A DNA stretch of 64,000 bases from Rhynchobatus australiae (lineage: Eukaryota). Positions 40,650 to 54,161 of the stretch are shown here, one piece after another (positions within the stretch are counted from its first letter, which is position 1; every line of letters starts with the position of its first letter). Under the pieces are notes generated by a model, which had not been told where the DNA came from, did no database searches, and saw nothing but the letters and a program-made list of their open reading frames with translations. The stretch is taken from NCBI GenBank assembly GCA_034780895.1, contig JAUZTB010000027.1, positions 20,353,848 through 20,417,847 on the forward strand. The letters are read 5' to 3'. A program made the position numbers and the translations under genes.

Positions 40650-41040
40650 AATCAATATCAGTTTCTTCTCCCAGGCCAACGTCTCTAGCATTGAGGCTAT
40701 AACTATACTCGGCAGGTTCTGATGGGCAGGACACATTATTCCAATGCCCAACATCAGACTGCTGAAAGAAGCACTCTACTCTGAGCTCTGCCAAGACAAA
40801 AGGTTAGTGGATGGACAGAGTTAACAATTCAAAGATATTCTTAAAACAGATCACATGGGAGCCCGATGAAAATGGCGGAAGGGGTGCATCACCTCCACAC
40901 TATGGAGGTGGTTCCTGCCCCACCAAGCATCTACAGTTCCATCTTTGACAGAATCTGCGGGTCCCATATTGGCTTCATTAATCACCTCAAACCCGTATAA
41001 CTAGAGAGGAGTCATCTTCAATTTCAAAGGACTATCTAAG
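40650..41040 (+). mobile_element. RTE-clade LINE 3' remnant
   Basis: gacagaatctgcgggtcccatattggcttcattaatcacctc matches the RTE zinc-finger end at 18540-18600. Confidence 0.65.
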
Positions 41041-42314
41041 ATAATGAATTGTGATATCAATGGAGGTGGAATTCAACGTGCTTATATTACTATGGTGTTT
41101 AGCACACCATACGCAAGACAAATTTCTACTCAAATGCCTTTTTCCTAGCCAACAAAGATATAAACATAATATTGCGTAATATTTGAGAATATTTTCAAAA
41201 CATTAATTGATCTTAATGAACGTGGAAGATTTGAAATCATTCCTTCATGATGATTAATATTAATACTAACTGCAAATATAAAGAAAATATGGAGATTCAC
41301 AAGGATATATTTTTGTCCCAAAGGCAGAATTTCTCCTCTATGTATTACCGATGAGTGGGGTCAATCTGCCTGTGGTCGCGAGCATTTTCATAAGATCAAC
41401 TCCTGGAAAACCTACTGCATAACTAATTTATTCAGGATTCTACCCTCTTTAGCAATGTGTGTTGCACTCCCCTGAGAGTTACTCTAATCCAGCCTTTGCT
41501 TATCTAATGATGTGGAAAAAGTCATTAGCAATTTAGCATAAACATTGGTCAAAACTGATAGTAGCTTGAGGCAATTTGTGACTAATTTGTTGTCCAAAAA
41601 GTTTTTCATTTATAATTACCTAGTAATGCATTGGGAGTTTTCTGAAGTAAAATAAAATTAACACACAGTGTCCTTTTTTAAAATATAGTCCTATTATATG
41701 CAATAACTTAGTCTNNNNNNNNNNNNNNNNNNNNNNNNNNNNNNNNNNNNNNNNNNNNNNNNNNNNNNNNNNNNNNNNNNNNNNNNNNNNNNNNNNNNNN
41801 NNNNNNNNNNNNNNAGGGCTATTATGGAGGTAGTGCAAGTAATCAGGAAATCTAACTGAATATTATCATAAAGGATGTGTGACAAGGGGAAAAACTAATA
41901 ATGAAGCCTTTCAGTTAAATAAGGCCTTCTGATTAAAAATGATTAATAGCTTTTTGTCTTAAAGGAAATGTATTGCCTTTCAACATCTTAGCAGCAAAAT
42001 TTATTTCAATCCCTATCTATTAACTTAATGAATCTGCTGCTGTTGATTCATATTTCAGGGCCATAAGTTAGATCTGCTGTTTAGAGCCTTCATCATCAGC
42101 CTGTAGATGTATTCTTAATTCAGTTCTTCTATGGTAGATGTGGTGTTTGAAGCTGTATAGTCACTTTGATGTTTCTTATTTAAGCTTTAATGCAGCCTCT
42201 GATGGGCACGATCAACTTTTGATCCAAGTGATTAAGCACAGGTTTTGGGCTGCTTAAATAATGCTCTTAGAAGTGAATTTCCACTATACACACTCTCCAT
42301 GGTTTCCTCCAAAG

Positions 42315-42561
42315 GCAATACAGAAGAGAGATGACCTCTTGAGAAAGTCCGAAGCAGACCTGCTCCAGGCTCGTGATAGTATCAAAGGGAAGGTAAGAGA
42401 AATTGAGAAGCAAGGCAGCGTGGTGAAAGCTCTAACGATGGATCTTCAGAGGCTGGAAAAGGAAATGCAGCAAAAGCAAAATGATAACAATTCCATCAAG
42501 ACCGAGAGAGAGCAACTGAAACAGGATCTACAAAAGACCAACAAACAATGTAGAGAATTAG
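42315..42561 (+). CDS. PMFBP1: Internal exon G (AIQKRDDLLRKSEADLLQARD...KTNKQCREL)
   Basis: Acceptor tttcctccaaag, donor gtaagg at 42562; 247 nt, phase 0-1, strong coiled coil. Confidence 0.87.
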
Positions 42562-43419
42562 GTAAGGCATGCTAGAATTTTCTGCTATATATGAAGCTGT
42601 AAAATTTCAAATGCAATATCTCATTGATGCAACAAGCGTATATCCCAAGTTGCTTGTCAAAAGTGTCTTTTTTTTTATTACAGCTGGATTATTTACGTGC
42701 AATTTCCATTTTCCAGAAGATTTTTCTGCATGTTCAATTTAAATTTTATTCTATTATATTTTGGACTTCATTGAATTAATCAGTTTCTAGAAGGATTAGT
42801 ACCTGTACCTTTCTACAGAAACCCAATCTTGCAATACCAATCAGTGACATAAGTGAAAGGCCAGATTTTGTAGTGAAAATCAGCCAGCAACTTCTGGAAT
42901 GCAGAGTTAACACAAAGATCTAGCAGGTGCCCCACTGGCACCTTATCCTCTAGTATTATCAAGTATTATGAAATTGCTATACTGTAATTATAGATCTTGA
43001 CTAAATCAAATACAAAGAGTTCAGTCAGGTCATTCCAGTCTAAGTATCCTTTTAATAATTCAGTAAATCACAATCAATATGAAAGGAACTCAATTGTACT
43101 GAAAAATAACTTTAAACAAATGTGAAATATAATTCCTTCACTTTTTACTTTTATCCAATAGTTCATTCCCTCTATTTCACTGTCTGTACCCGNNNNNNNN
43201 NNNNNNNNNNNNNNNNNNNNNNNNNNNNNNNNNNNNNNNNNNNNNNNNNNNNNNNNNNNNNNNNNNNNNNNNNNNNNNNNNNNNNNNNNNNNTTCATTCC
43301 CTCTATTTCACTTTCTGTACCCGATATGATATTGAATTCGCAATTCCTGCTTCTGTACTCATTAAGGATTCTTCAGTCAGATTACTTCATCATATGGGAC
43401 CTGGATGCTCTGAAGTTGG

Positions 43420-43645
43420 TAAAAATCAAAAAACTGCAGATGCTAGAAATCCAAAATAAAAATGGAAAATTCTGGAAACACTCAGCAAGTCAGGCGGCAT
43501 CTGTGGAAAGAGAAAAGGTTAAAGTTTTAGACTGCTTAGATAATACTCTTAGAAGTGAATATCCACTATGCATACTATCAAGTTAATGTTTCTCTTTCCA
43601 TTAATGCTACCCAACTTGCTGCGTTGTTCCAGTATTTTCCATTTA
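43420..43645. mobile_element. Inverted pair of Penelope-derived repeats with a captured 45-bp spacer
   Basis: ctggaaacactcagcaagtcaggcggcatctgtggaaagaga versus tctctttccattaatgctacccaacttgctgcgttgttccag. Confidence 0.75.
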
Positions 43646-43914
43646 CCCTGAAAAGGGTGCTGCACCTTTCACACATTAACAACCCTTTCCCATCTCCCTC
43701 CTCAAAAGCCCAAGCTCAAACCTTTTAAGCAGCTACTCTATTGCCAATTCTCCTTTCCTTTTCTTGCCATTGACCAATCTGTGTGCATCTTCACTGTAAC
43801 ATAATGCTAGCATTGCATTTCCCACAGTATTGAAATGGCCCTATACAAGTTATACATTGTATACTAATTAACAATGCTCTCATTGTCAGTTCTGTTTCCT
43901 GTTAAACTCTTGCG

Positions 43915-44405
43915 ATAAAGCTAGAGAGGGTGCAGGAAAGCATCACAAGGATGTTACTGGGACTGGAGGTCTTGATTTATAAGGAGAGCTTGAAAAGGCT
44001 GGGACTATTTTCACTGGAGCAAAGGAGGCTGAGGAATGACCTTATGGAGATTTATAAAATCACGAGGGCCATGGATAAGGTGGATGGTCACTATCTTTTT
44101 CCTCAGTTAGGGGAGTCCAAAACTAGACACCATAGGTTTAAGATGAGAAGAGAACAATTTAAAGGGAACCTAAGAGGCAAGTTTTTCACACAAAGGGTGG
44201 TGGTTGTATGGAATGAGCTGCCAGATGAAGTGGTAGAGACAGATACAATCAAAGTTTAAAAGCCATTTGGACAGGTACATGGATAAGAAAGGTTTAGAGC
44301 GCTATGGGCTAACTACACACAAATGGGACTGGCTCAGGTGGGCACTTTGGTTGACATGGACAAGTTGAGCAGAAGAGCCTGTTTCCATGCTGTACAACTC
44401 TATGG
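43915..44405 (+). mobile_element. CR1/HER1 3' fragment
   Basis: LERVQESITRMLLGL..LGLFSLEQRRLRNDL..FFTQRVV.VWNELP plus the typical 3' tail. Confidence 0.92.
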
Positions 44406-45689
44406 TTCTTTGCAGCAATGAAACTGCTGAGAACATCATTCCCCTCCAATACTTTTCTTCCATTGTCTAGCTAAGGGGAAATAGTTCTCATTTGAGTCCA
44501 TTCTTAGTTATTCTATGATAATTTTACCATCTCTATCCAGGCCATCTTCACTATTCTTCATCCTAACACCCTATCCATTTGATCCTGCCTTGGATGCTTT
44601 ATTTTCTCATTAGTTTTTTAGCAACATCATTCAATGACATTTGCTCAGGGTTCCCATATCCACTGATAAGACCTAGCTTTACCTTTCCCTTTGGGCTGTT
44701 AGGATGTTTGTCCAACATGCAGTCTTCTTTGAGCTGGAACTTCCTGATTCCACTAACTCAAATCTTTACAGCTATCCTCATCAGAATTTACCTCTTTCTA
44801 ACATATGCAATTCAAGTCCTAAATCACACTGCTTTATCTCCTTTGGCCAAACTTTTATCCATCCCCATTAACATCAACCTTCTAGTTCATTGTCATTTGG
44901 AACTGATGTAGTGCTGTGAAGTGCCCTTGCATATCATCCATACATAAGTGGAAATTGTTATTTTTGTAATATGACTTTGATCATCTTTCCTAACTTTTAT
45001 CTCAGGTTCTATAGTTTACATTTTCCCTAAGGTGCATTTTTTTAATGTTTTAATATTTTAAAGGTGCTTTATTGTTGCATGTTACTTAGTGCACGCTGAT
45101 TTGAAAATGCGCCATTGATGTAGGAATTCATAAACCAGGGGGTTGCTCCATCCTGGTGTTTCTCAAGTGTACCAACAGGGGATCAAAAGGAGAGGTATTT
45201 CTAAAGTCTGCCCTACATTAATATGCATAGTTCAATTAAGCTGCTGGTTAAGGATAATCCATGGAATATTCACAGTGAGGTATTTGAAATGTTTGGGAGA
45301 GTGGCCGGAGATTCTCTTGTCGAAGGTGGTTCTGCATGCCAGTAACTTGGTAAAAATCCTACCTTCGTCCTTTGTCAATCCAAGTCTCAATACTTCCCTT
45401 AATACTAGTTTAGACTGGGATAGACTGTTCAATTATTAGAGCAGTTATGAATGGAGCTTTAAACTATTAAAAACATNNNNNNNNNNTTGATGCACATTTA
45501 TAACAGATTATCCGTAAGCAGGTTATGTGAGAGGAAGAGGCTAATAGGGAAGTAAGAAATTATCAAAGAACATTGACTGGTTAGTTTTGTTTGCAAACGT
45601 TCAATATGGTAACATCATCCACTTTGGAACTAAGAAACGCAATTCAGAATATTCTCTTAATGGAGGTACCAGGAGTTACAGAAGAGAAA

Positions 45690-46160
45690 AAAGCTCATGC
45701 ATTGGTACAAAAATTCTGCGATACAGTGCAAAACTTTTGCTTTGCATCCAGACAGTTCATGCCTCACACAAGCATATCAAGGTAGTAAGTAGAAAACAAT
45801 GCAGATTATAGTGTTCCAGTTACAGAGAACACGCAGTGCAGGTAGACAAATAAAGTGCAAGGGCCACAATGAGACAGATTGGGAGATCAAGAATTCACCT
45901 TTTAGCATATGAGAGGTCCATTCAAGAGTCTGATAACAGTGGGATAGAAGTTATCTTTGAATCTGGTGGTTCATATTCTCAGGCTTTTGTATCTTCTGCT
46001 CAGCAGGAGAGGGGAAAAGACAGAATGACTGGGGTGGGAGGGGTCCTTGATTATGTTAGTTGCTTTCCTGAGGCAGTGGGAAATGTAGACAGAGTCAGTG
46101 ATGGGGAGGTTGGTTTGGGAGATGGACTGGGCTGTGTTCACGACTCTCTGCAATTTCTTG
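45690..46160 (-). mobile_element. Rex1/Babar-type LINE 3' end
   Basis: KKLQRVVNTAQSI..CLRKATNIIKDPSHPSHSVF..RRYKSL. Confidence 0.85.
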
Positions 46161-46164
46161 AGCA

Positions 46165-46860
46165 ATGCATAAATGCTGGAGGAAGTCAGGGGGTTGGGCA
46201 GCATCTATGGAGGGGAATGGAGTGTCAATGTTTCAGGTTGAGACCCTTCTTCAGGACTGGAAAGAAAGGGTAAATAGCCAGTATAGAAGGGGAGGAGGGG
46301 TTGGAGTGAGAGCTGGCAGGTGATTGGTGAATCCAGGTGAGGGGGGAAGATAGGTAGGTGGGGGAAGGGGAGAGTGGGAATTATGTAAGAAGCTGGGAGG
46401 TGATAGCTGGAAGTGACAGAGTTGAAGAAGATGGAATCTGATAGGAGAGGAAAAGAGGGAAGGAGGTGAGGAGGGGAACCAAAGGGAAGAATGTGTTGGT
46501 GATGGGCAGATTGGGAGGGCGGGGAAGAGGAAAGAGAAGGGATGATGGGGCCGGTGAGATAAGGGAAAACAAAGGGGGGACAGAGGGGAGTGGTTACCAG
46601 AAGTTGAAGAAATCGATGTTCATGCCGCCAGGTTGGAGACTACCAAGGCGGAATACGAGGTGCTGTTTCTCTAATCTGCTTCTGGCCTCAACTTGGCAGT
46701 AGAGGAGGCCTTGGACAGACATGCCGGTGTGAGAATGGGAAGTGGAATTAAAATTGCTGGCCATCGGGAGATCCTGGCTGTTATGGAGGATGGAGCAAAG
46801 GTGCTCGACACCCACACATTTCTCTCTCCAGCCCCCCTCTCCTTCCCTTTATTCCATGGT
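46165..46860 (-). mobile_element. Penelope-like element 3' fragment (GIY-YIG C-terminus, purine/pyrimidine tract, hammerhead-like motif at 46227-46254)
   Basis: EHLCSI..DLPMASNFNSTSHS..RLEKQHLVFRLGSLQPGGMNIDF; minus strand cagtc CTGAAGA agggtctcaacct GAAA catt gac. Confidence 0.88.
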
Positions 46861-47730
46861 CNNNNNNNNNNNNNNNNNNNNNNNNNNNNNNNNNNNNNNN
46901 NNNNNNNNNNNNNNNNNNNNNNNNNNNNNNNNNNNNNNNNNNNNNNNNNNNNNNNNNNNNNNNNNNNNNNNNNNNNNNNNNNNNNNNNNNNNNNNNNNNN
47001 NNNNNNNNNNNNNNNNNNNNNNNNNNNNNNNNNNNNNNNNNNNNNNNNNNNNNNNNNNNNNNNNNNNNNNNNNNNNNNNNNNNNNNNNNNNNNNNNNNNN
47101 NNNNNNNNNNNNNNNNNNNNNNNNNNNNNNNNNNNNNNNNNNNNNNNNNNNNNNNNNNNNNNNNNNNNNNNNNNNNNNNNNNNNNNNNNNNNNNNNNNNN
47201 NNNNNNNNNNNNNNNNNNNNNNNNNNNNNNNNNNNNNNNNNNNNNNNNNNNNNNNNNNNNNNNNNNNNNNNNNNNNNNNNNNNNNNNNNNNNNNNNNNNN
47301 NNNNNNNNNNNNNNNNNNNNNNNNNNNNNNNNNNNNNNNNNNNNNNNNNNNNNNNNNNNNNNNNNNNNNNNNNNNNNNNNNNNNNNNNNNNNNNNNNNNN
47401 NNNNNNNNNNNNNNNNNNNNNNNNNNNNNNNNNNNNNNNNNNNNNNNNNNNNNNNNNNNNNNNNNNNNTATGGGGGACATCAATAATATTTACTTCATAG
47501 TTTTGGTCACATGGTTGCTAGATCATTAATTTGCATTCAGTTCCAATTGCTGATAACATACTTGGCATACTGATTTAGGATTATCCACCAATGAGACAAT
47601 ATTCCTCCCAAAAGGTTCTTTACATATCTCCACACCCACAGCATCATAAACAACAAATTAATGGATAAGAAACATCAGTGCAAAAGGGGTCATTGTTGAG
47701 CTTCAGTGGCCTGATCCAAAGTCTGGAGTA

Positions 47731-48266
47731 CAGTAAACTCCATCTTTCATGTATTCAACTTTTATGGTTTCTTGACACTCACTGATACAGCCCCTCAGTT
47801 CACTGATACTCCTCTAACATGGCCCCAAAGAGAAAAGCAAATGCTTAGAAAGTGAGAAATTGATCAAGCATTGTCCCCATGCCCAGAAATATTTAAGCAG
47901 AGAAAACAACTGTATTATCATGTTCTTCAACGAAGCTCATACCTCTTCATCTCCTCCACCACCATCCCCTTGGCATTTAGAGTTATCACCATCTTTAGAG
48001 TTATCACCGCTGCCTGCCTCTCCTCTTGTATGGTTGATGCAATGATCTTACAGAGGAGCAGTAAAGATGCATCATATGGTATTCATTATTGTATATTAAG
48101 GTAAGTTTATTAACTGTTATATGTTATATGATTATATATTCCACCTTGCACACAATCTCTACTTACCATTTTTTTTTACTTCTGTACTGACATAAAAATG
48201 CTATCCACAGTTTTTGGGACTCAAACATTTCTGGAACATATCCCACATAAATTTGAGAGCTTACTG
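47731..48266 (+). mobile_element. Non-autonomous Tigger/pogo-like (Tc1-mariner) DNA transposon
   Basis: TA|CAGTAAACTC ... GAGCTTACTG|TA (TIR 9/10, TA TSD); internal ATG at 47819 reads MAPKRKANA, like a Tigger transposase start. Confidence 0.7.
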
Positions 48267-50064
48267 TAACACTGTGGAGTAGCATGTGCCTTTAAACTTC
48301 TTAAATAGATATGTGATCAGTTCAAGTTTACGTNNNNNNNNNNNNNNNNNNNNNNNNNNNNNNNNNNNNNNNNNNNNNNNNNNNNNNNNNNNNNNNNNNN
48401 NNNNAAATATGTGTATTTCTGCTTCAAAAGCAAATGACAATTTCACTGGCTTGTGACTGAAAAAATGCTATTGTTTTAATGTTTAGATCAAACTAATATA
48501 AAATTTAGCATATTTCTGCAATAACTATCAGCTTACGAACATTTATGTTTTAGATATTTGACTTCCAGTAACAATTACCTGTAGCAATCAGAAATGATGG
48601 GAAATTTAGATATTCCCTAAGTTGTTTGTGGCAAATGATAATAGTCCAAAATTTGCAATCAGCAGTGAAGTGTCAGGACTAGTAGATTGTGTGCACCTCA
48701 AAAAAAAAGGTTGCCTACTAAGGTTTAATTATCTCTATGTCAAGAACTCACATTTTTTCTGACTTTGGTTCACATGATTCCTGTTGCTGAACAGTTGTGT
48801 TGCTGATCAAACCTGACCTCATCTATTTGAGATTCCCATTCAGCTCTGAACTATTCAGGTACAGGAATATCTGGAATCACTCACAGAAAGACTTGGCAAA
48901 GGACAGGTTCAACTCAAGCAGGAATCAATAGAATAAATTTAATTCAATCTGTCCTTCATGCTTGTCCCGTGGCCCCACTAATATTTTGTGGTCACACATC
49001 TCCCAGTGACCTCAAGGCCTCAGTTCCATGACCAGACTGCAAGTGTAACCAGGCCTTGAGATGATGCATCCTGTGGCCCTGCCCTTGGCTCTGTCCTGAT
49101 GGCCTTTGGCAGTGAAATTNNNNNNNNNNNNNNNNNNNNNNNNNNNNNNNNNNNAGTTCTGATGATATCCCTCTTTTCCAGTGGGAAAAGCAGTACAGGA
49201 CAGCTTGTAAAGATGTTTGAATCCCTGGTAGCAATTCAAGATTACTACATTAATCTATGCACATGCAAAAATCCCAAAGTTAGTGTGAGTTTCTCACAGG
49301 AATAACACTGAACACTGATAATTTTGTCATCATAACATCTAGGCTAATGCATGTTAAGAGAAGCATATATAAGAAATATAGAATGAGAAAAGACAATCTA
49401 CCTGAAGCTCCCATAGATCAAATTCATTCTGCATTAACATTGTTACTTAAGACCCTAATAATATTGGTTTCTTAGGGTCCAAAATTTTAGCCCCAGTTCT
49501 GCTGCAAAAGAACATGAACTTCCTCTCCAATCCAAATACTTAGAACATAGGACTGGCATAGGACATAACAGCAGTACCAAAATGTACTGTGAAGTATTTT
49601 GCAGGATCCCGAATTCATGAAAGCCATCCCACTTTCTGCTTTACATAATAGACTAAAGACAAAGTTTTTAAAATTATTCATTTCCCACAAAGGTACAGTC
49701 ACNNNNNNNNNNAATGATTTTTCCTGATTCAGAAGTTTCTTCAGAACTTGCATGTATGTTTTGCAGTTGACCTTGCTGCGGAATCTAATGAAGGTTTTCC
49801 TGTTGTAATTCTTTAATACCTTTAAGAGAGTCACTAAAAGTTATTGTTAGACATACAGGGACCAGTAGAAAGGTTCCCTTGTCCTCCTCCTAACTGAAAT
49901 TTATGATGGAATTTCACTGTGGTAGAATCTCCGTAGATCACCTCAATCTAAATTGAACCAAATAGTTTTAAGTCATGGTTCCAACAAAATATCTGTCTAT
50001 CTTATTTCTGAACAAATTATTCATTCAGTCTCAGCCTAGAATAATCCAACATGGCATCAGGCCT

Positions 50065-50455
50065 GCCTCATGCTGTTACCTCTTGATTCAGACGGTTGTG
50101 GTTTCAAAATTCTCTCAAGACACTTGAGTGCATAACTAACTGATTCTCTGAGGAACTATCACACTTACGTTGTTTGGATGAATATTAAATTGAAGTGCTG
50201 AGGAAGATCTCATGGACCTTTTGAAGATGCTTGGAGATTATCCCTGTATCTAGACCAAGATTTATCCCTCAACCAACACCACCAAAAATAGATTATGTTA
50301 TTATTATTTATTGTCATTATTATAATTTATCTCTGCTGCTTCTGANNNNNNNNNNNNNNNNNNNNNNNNNNNNNNNNNNATAACAGCACCAGAGCCAAAA
50401 CATACTACATTAGCTGTGAAGTATTTTTGCAGCATCCTAAATTCATGAAAGCTAT
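50065..50455 (+). mobile_element. Deu-domain SINE (SacSINE1/AmnSINE1-like), old
   Basis: gaccaagatttatccctcaaccaacaccaccaaaaatagattat matches the Deu core as I recall it; tRNA-like head and L2-like tail. Weaker minus-strand copies near 9110-9450 and 53100-53480. Confidence 0.7.
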
Positions 50456-53400
50456 CCCACTTTCTGCTTTACATAAATCTGAGTCATGCAAAATCCTACA
50501 CTTCATGTTCTGCAAAATTTCATTCACCCATCACTTCTGGGTTTACTGAACTGACATAGCTCTTTACTGAGCAGCACATGGATTTTTAAATTATCATCCT
50601 TGTTTTCAGTTCTGTCCCTGACGTCATCTCCTCCAACAAACTTAGAAAGTATGCACTCCTACAATTGTGGCTTCTTAAGCATCCCTGATTTTACTTGCCC
50701 CACCAGTGGCAGGCATGGAATTTCTTCTCTCATCCTTTCTATCTACTTTGCTTCCCCCTGTAAGATGCTCCTTAAAATTCTTTGAATAAGCTGTAAGTAA
50801 TCTGATTAATTATTTCTTTGTTTAGTTCTGTGTCAAAATTTGTGAAGGATCTTGAGACATCATAATAAAGTACTATATTAATGTAATTTGTAACAGGTAA
50901 GAGTGTAGGTACCATTTTTGTTTATAATTAGCTAATTGCAACTGCAGCATTAAGATCACTTTGGACTTCTCTGCTGCATGATTGAATTGTGACATTGGAA
51001 CTGTGGACAAGATACCAAAGTGATTTTGAATGCAACTAATCAATGAAGCTACAGGGGAGATGTATCCCAGTCTGCAATGATAGGGGCAATCTGCACTCAG
51101 TTAATAGTATTGAAAACCAAAATTTAAGTGCCCATCAATATTATACATTTGTACTTGAATGCAATATATTGTGTATCACAGTACCATGCTTGTTATTTCA
51201 AGAAATATGATTAATTTTGTTAAATCTGGCCAAATATAAATAAAAGCAGTACTGGGAATTAGTCAAATATAGACAAATAAAGCTGTGCCTATTCTCTATG
51301 TGAAAATAGTGGTATAGTAATAAGCATTGTTTCCAAAGAGATAATATTTAAATGGAAAATGATTTTCCAGTATATATAACTATAATGCAAAATAATGTTT
51401 GTATTGTAGTTCAATAAATGCATAAAATAAACTGCCATAAACTAAAATTTGTTTTGAGACTCTCAACTCCTTTTGATTGCTATTCATTTAGCAATATATT
51501 GGGATTGTACATGGGATATACAATTATATTGGGATTGCTGCACACACCAAATGCATATGCCCTAAATATTTGCTCTACCACACCAAATATATTGTTTTGT
51601 TTTTTGCCATTTTTCCTTCATTACCTTGGGTTGGTTCATTTCACTATCCTTTGATAACAATTACTAAAGTATACCTTAGATTTAAATAGTGTCTCTAATG
51701 TATAAAAAAATAATGAATTGTTATAATTATTCTGATTACTCCTTTTGTATCACAAAGCTATGTATTTTTTGCTTTGTGACTGACCTGGAAAAGACTTAAT
51801 GATCTTGTTTCTAAACCTTGTATATCAGTTACGCGTTATAGAGATACAGCATCTCTTAGCCTTTTGCCTATCATCAGAATTGTCCTTTGCTGTATTAGAA
51901 ATATAGCATTGCCTTAGGCAATGAATTGATGAACCTTTTTATTTCTTACTATCTGGCTCTGCTAACAAGGGATGGGATTTTGGAGCTTATTAAAACTATC
52001 CATGGAGAGAGGTCAATCCTTTTCAGACATTGGGGAAGTAAAGAGAAAAGATATTAACACTCATTTCCTTTTGACTTAAGCTGATTTTGCTAATTTGCCA
52101 ATGCAACTAAAATACATGGTTATTTTTAAGATGCATGCAAGAACTGATGTATGCAAAGACTGATTTTAGAGGTTGATGATGTTACCAAGAACTAGTAGCT
52201 TACAAGAGAGGTGTTTCACACATTTTATATTTCAGTCCTATTAGGCATTTTGCTCTCCTAATGATTTTTCCTTGTGGGCCACATTTCCCTCGATGAACAA
52301 AGGCCCTGTTTTATCATTCCGCCCCCAGAAAGAAGAGTGGAAATGAAGTAAATGGGGAATTTTTCAGCTTCTACGTACCTTTCGATTAAATTTTTTGATC
52401 CATTCAACACAGATTTATGGGCCTGACAAGTTCAGTAACTGCTTGCTGTAATCCCTCCTTAGAGAGAAGAGAAGATGGAGGAACACCTCATTATTGTAGT
52501 GAAACAGCAGTAACTGACACTTCCTATTGGTCATTTATTGTGTTCACTAGCATGGACATTACTTATGTTCCTGATCATTTTACAAATGTGACAATAACAA
52601 TGACAAAGATATCTGAATCCTGCTGACCTACACAAGATCTAATACTTCGAGTTGGACTAGCATAGTAAATTGTACTGCTGAATGTTTTTCTCTTGCGAAT
52701 ATAGAAACAAAATAGATTAGTTAAATAAAAAAAAGTGCCCAATATAGGTCTTTTACAAGTACGTTTAAATTATATATTTTAATTGATTTTTATTAAAGGT
52801 GTGTTGAACTTTAGCTAGTTATCAATAATGTGACCTTACCCCAAATTAGGTCAAAAATTATTATGGAAAATACATAACTGAGGAGCTAACCATCCTAGAA
52901 ATAGCATCCCAGCCTATTCATCTTTTTTTAGTATTTGCTTGTCCAGATTCCCAGCTATGCACAATTTTTCACTGCAGAGATTTTATTATGTTTTCCAATT
53001 TTATTCAACAATTCTGGCAGGGTATCATGTATTAATTATATGCACTTTATAGAGAACTTGTTTGCATTTGTATTGCATATTACATCATTAGTATGTTGCA
53101 AAGTAGTTCATAATAAATTTATGACTTTTGAAGTAGAGTACTGTTGTTATGTAGATAAACATAATAACCAGATTGAATATAACAAAATCTCACTATTTGC
53201 AAACATGATAGATCTTAAAATAATAATAAAAGGAATGTTATTTCAGGGACATACACGACTGCTCAGCGGCGATGTAAGACTAGTATTATTCATGAAGAAT
53301 TTAAAATCTTAAGTCAATAGCCAATATTTTGCAATGGGCCATGAAAAAATGGCACTTGCCATACATACTCCAGACAGCCACTCACAAAAGATTTGCAGGT

Positions 53401-54161
53401 TTCAGAGTGTAGTTTTACATTTGATCCTGCACAGCACCCAAGAAATCTGTGGTGCCTGGGTAACAGTTAGAGTGGCTCTTCCACCAACCAAAGTCAGAAC
53501 GGTATCTTGGCAGTAGTTATCATGCAGCACACTGTTGAAAGTTCACTTATTCCGACCAAAATCTTAGAACTGATGACTGGTCCCCAACATTCATCATTAA
53601 TTTTAGGACTGAGTTTAACAGTGAGAACTGCACATTGCACCCTGTTAAGAAGTGGGATATCTTTAACAGAAGCTTCTGTACTTCCTTAATTGTGCATATA
53701 CATTTACCAAAAGTCGCTTCTTGATTTGACCCACAGCTTGCTGTTAGCCTTGTCCTTGTTCTTATCACAAAATCTGGCCCATTACTTTAAAATGAGGCAA
53801 GTTTGGAAAAAATGTATCATTTGTTTCTTTATTGCATTACCATTCAGTTACATACATTATCCATTCAACAGATTGCAAATAGGTCTTAAACTAGCAATGT
53901 TCTGTCATTACTTTTTTCCCAGTAGGTGCGATGTACATTTAAAATCGAATCTATGGCAATGAAACAATGATTTTTTTCTGTTTGCATTTTGAATATTTGC
54001 ATGAGAATAGTAATATACTTATTTAAAATATTGATAATGAAGCATTTCCTAAGGTGAATGGACTGTTGTATTGTGCACTAAGTTCATTATTGCAGAAACT
54101 ATTATTGAAGCATTAACAAAATTATGAATCCTATCATGATTGTGACTGTTTTTCTTCACAG

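Noticed and set aside
43162-43323. 31-bp repeat with one mismatch around a 100-N gap
   Set aside because: Probably two haplotypes left unmerged.
5864-47529. Long ORFs in the track made mostly of X
   Set aside because: Caused by N gaps; no coding evidence.
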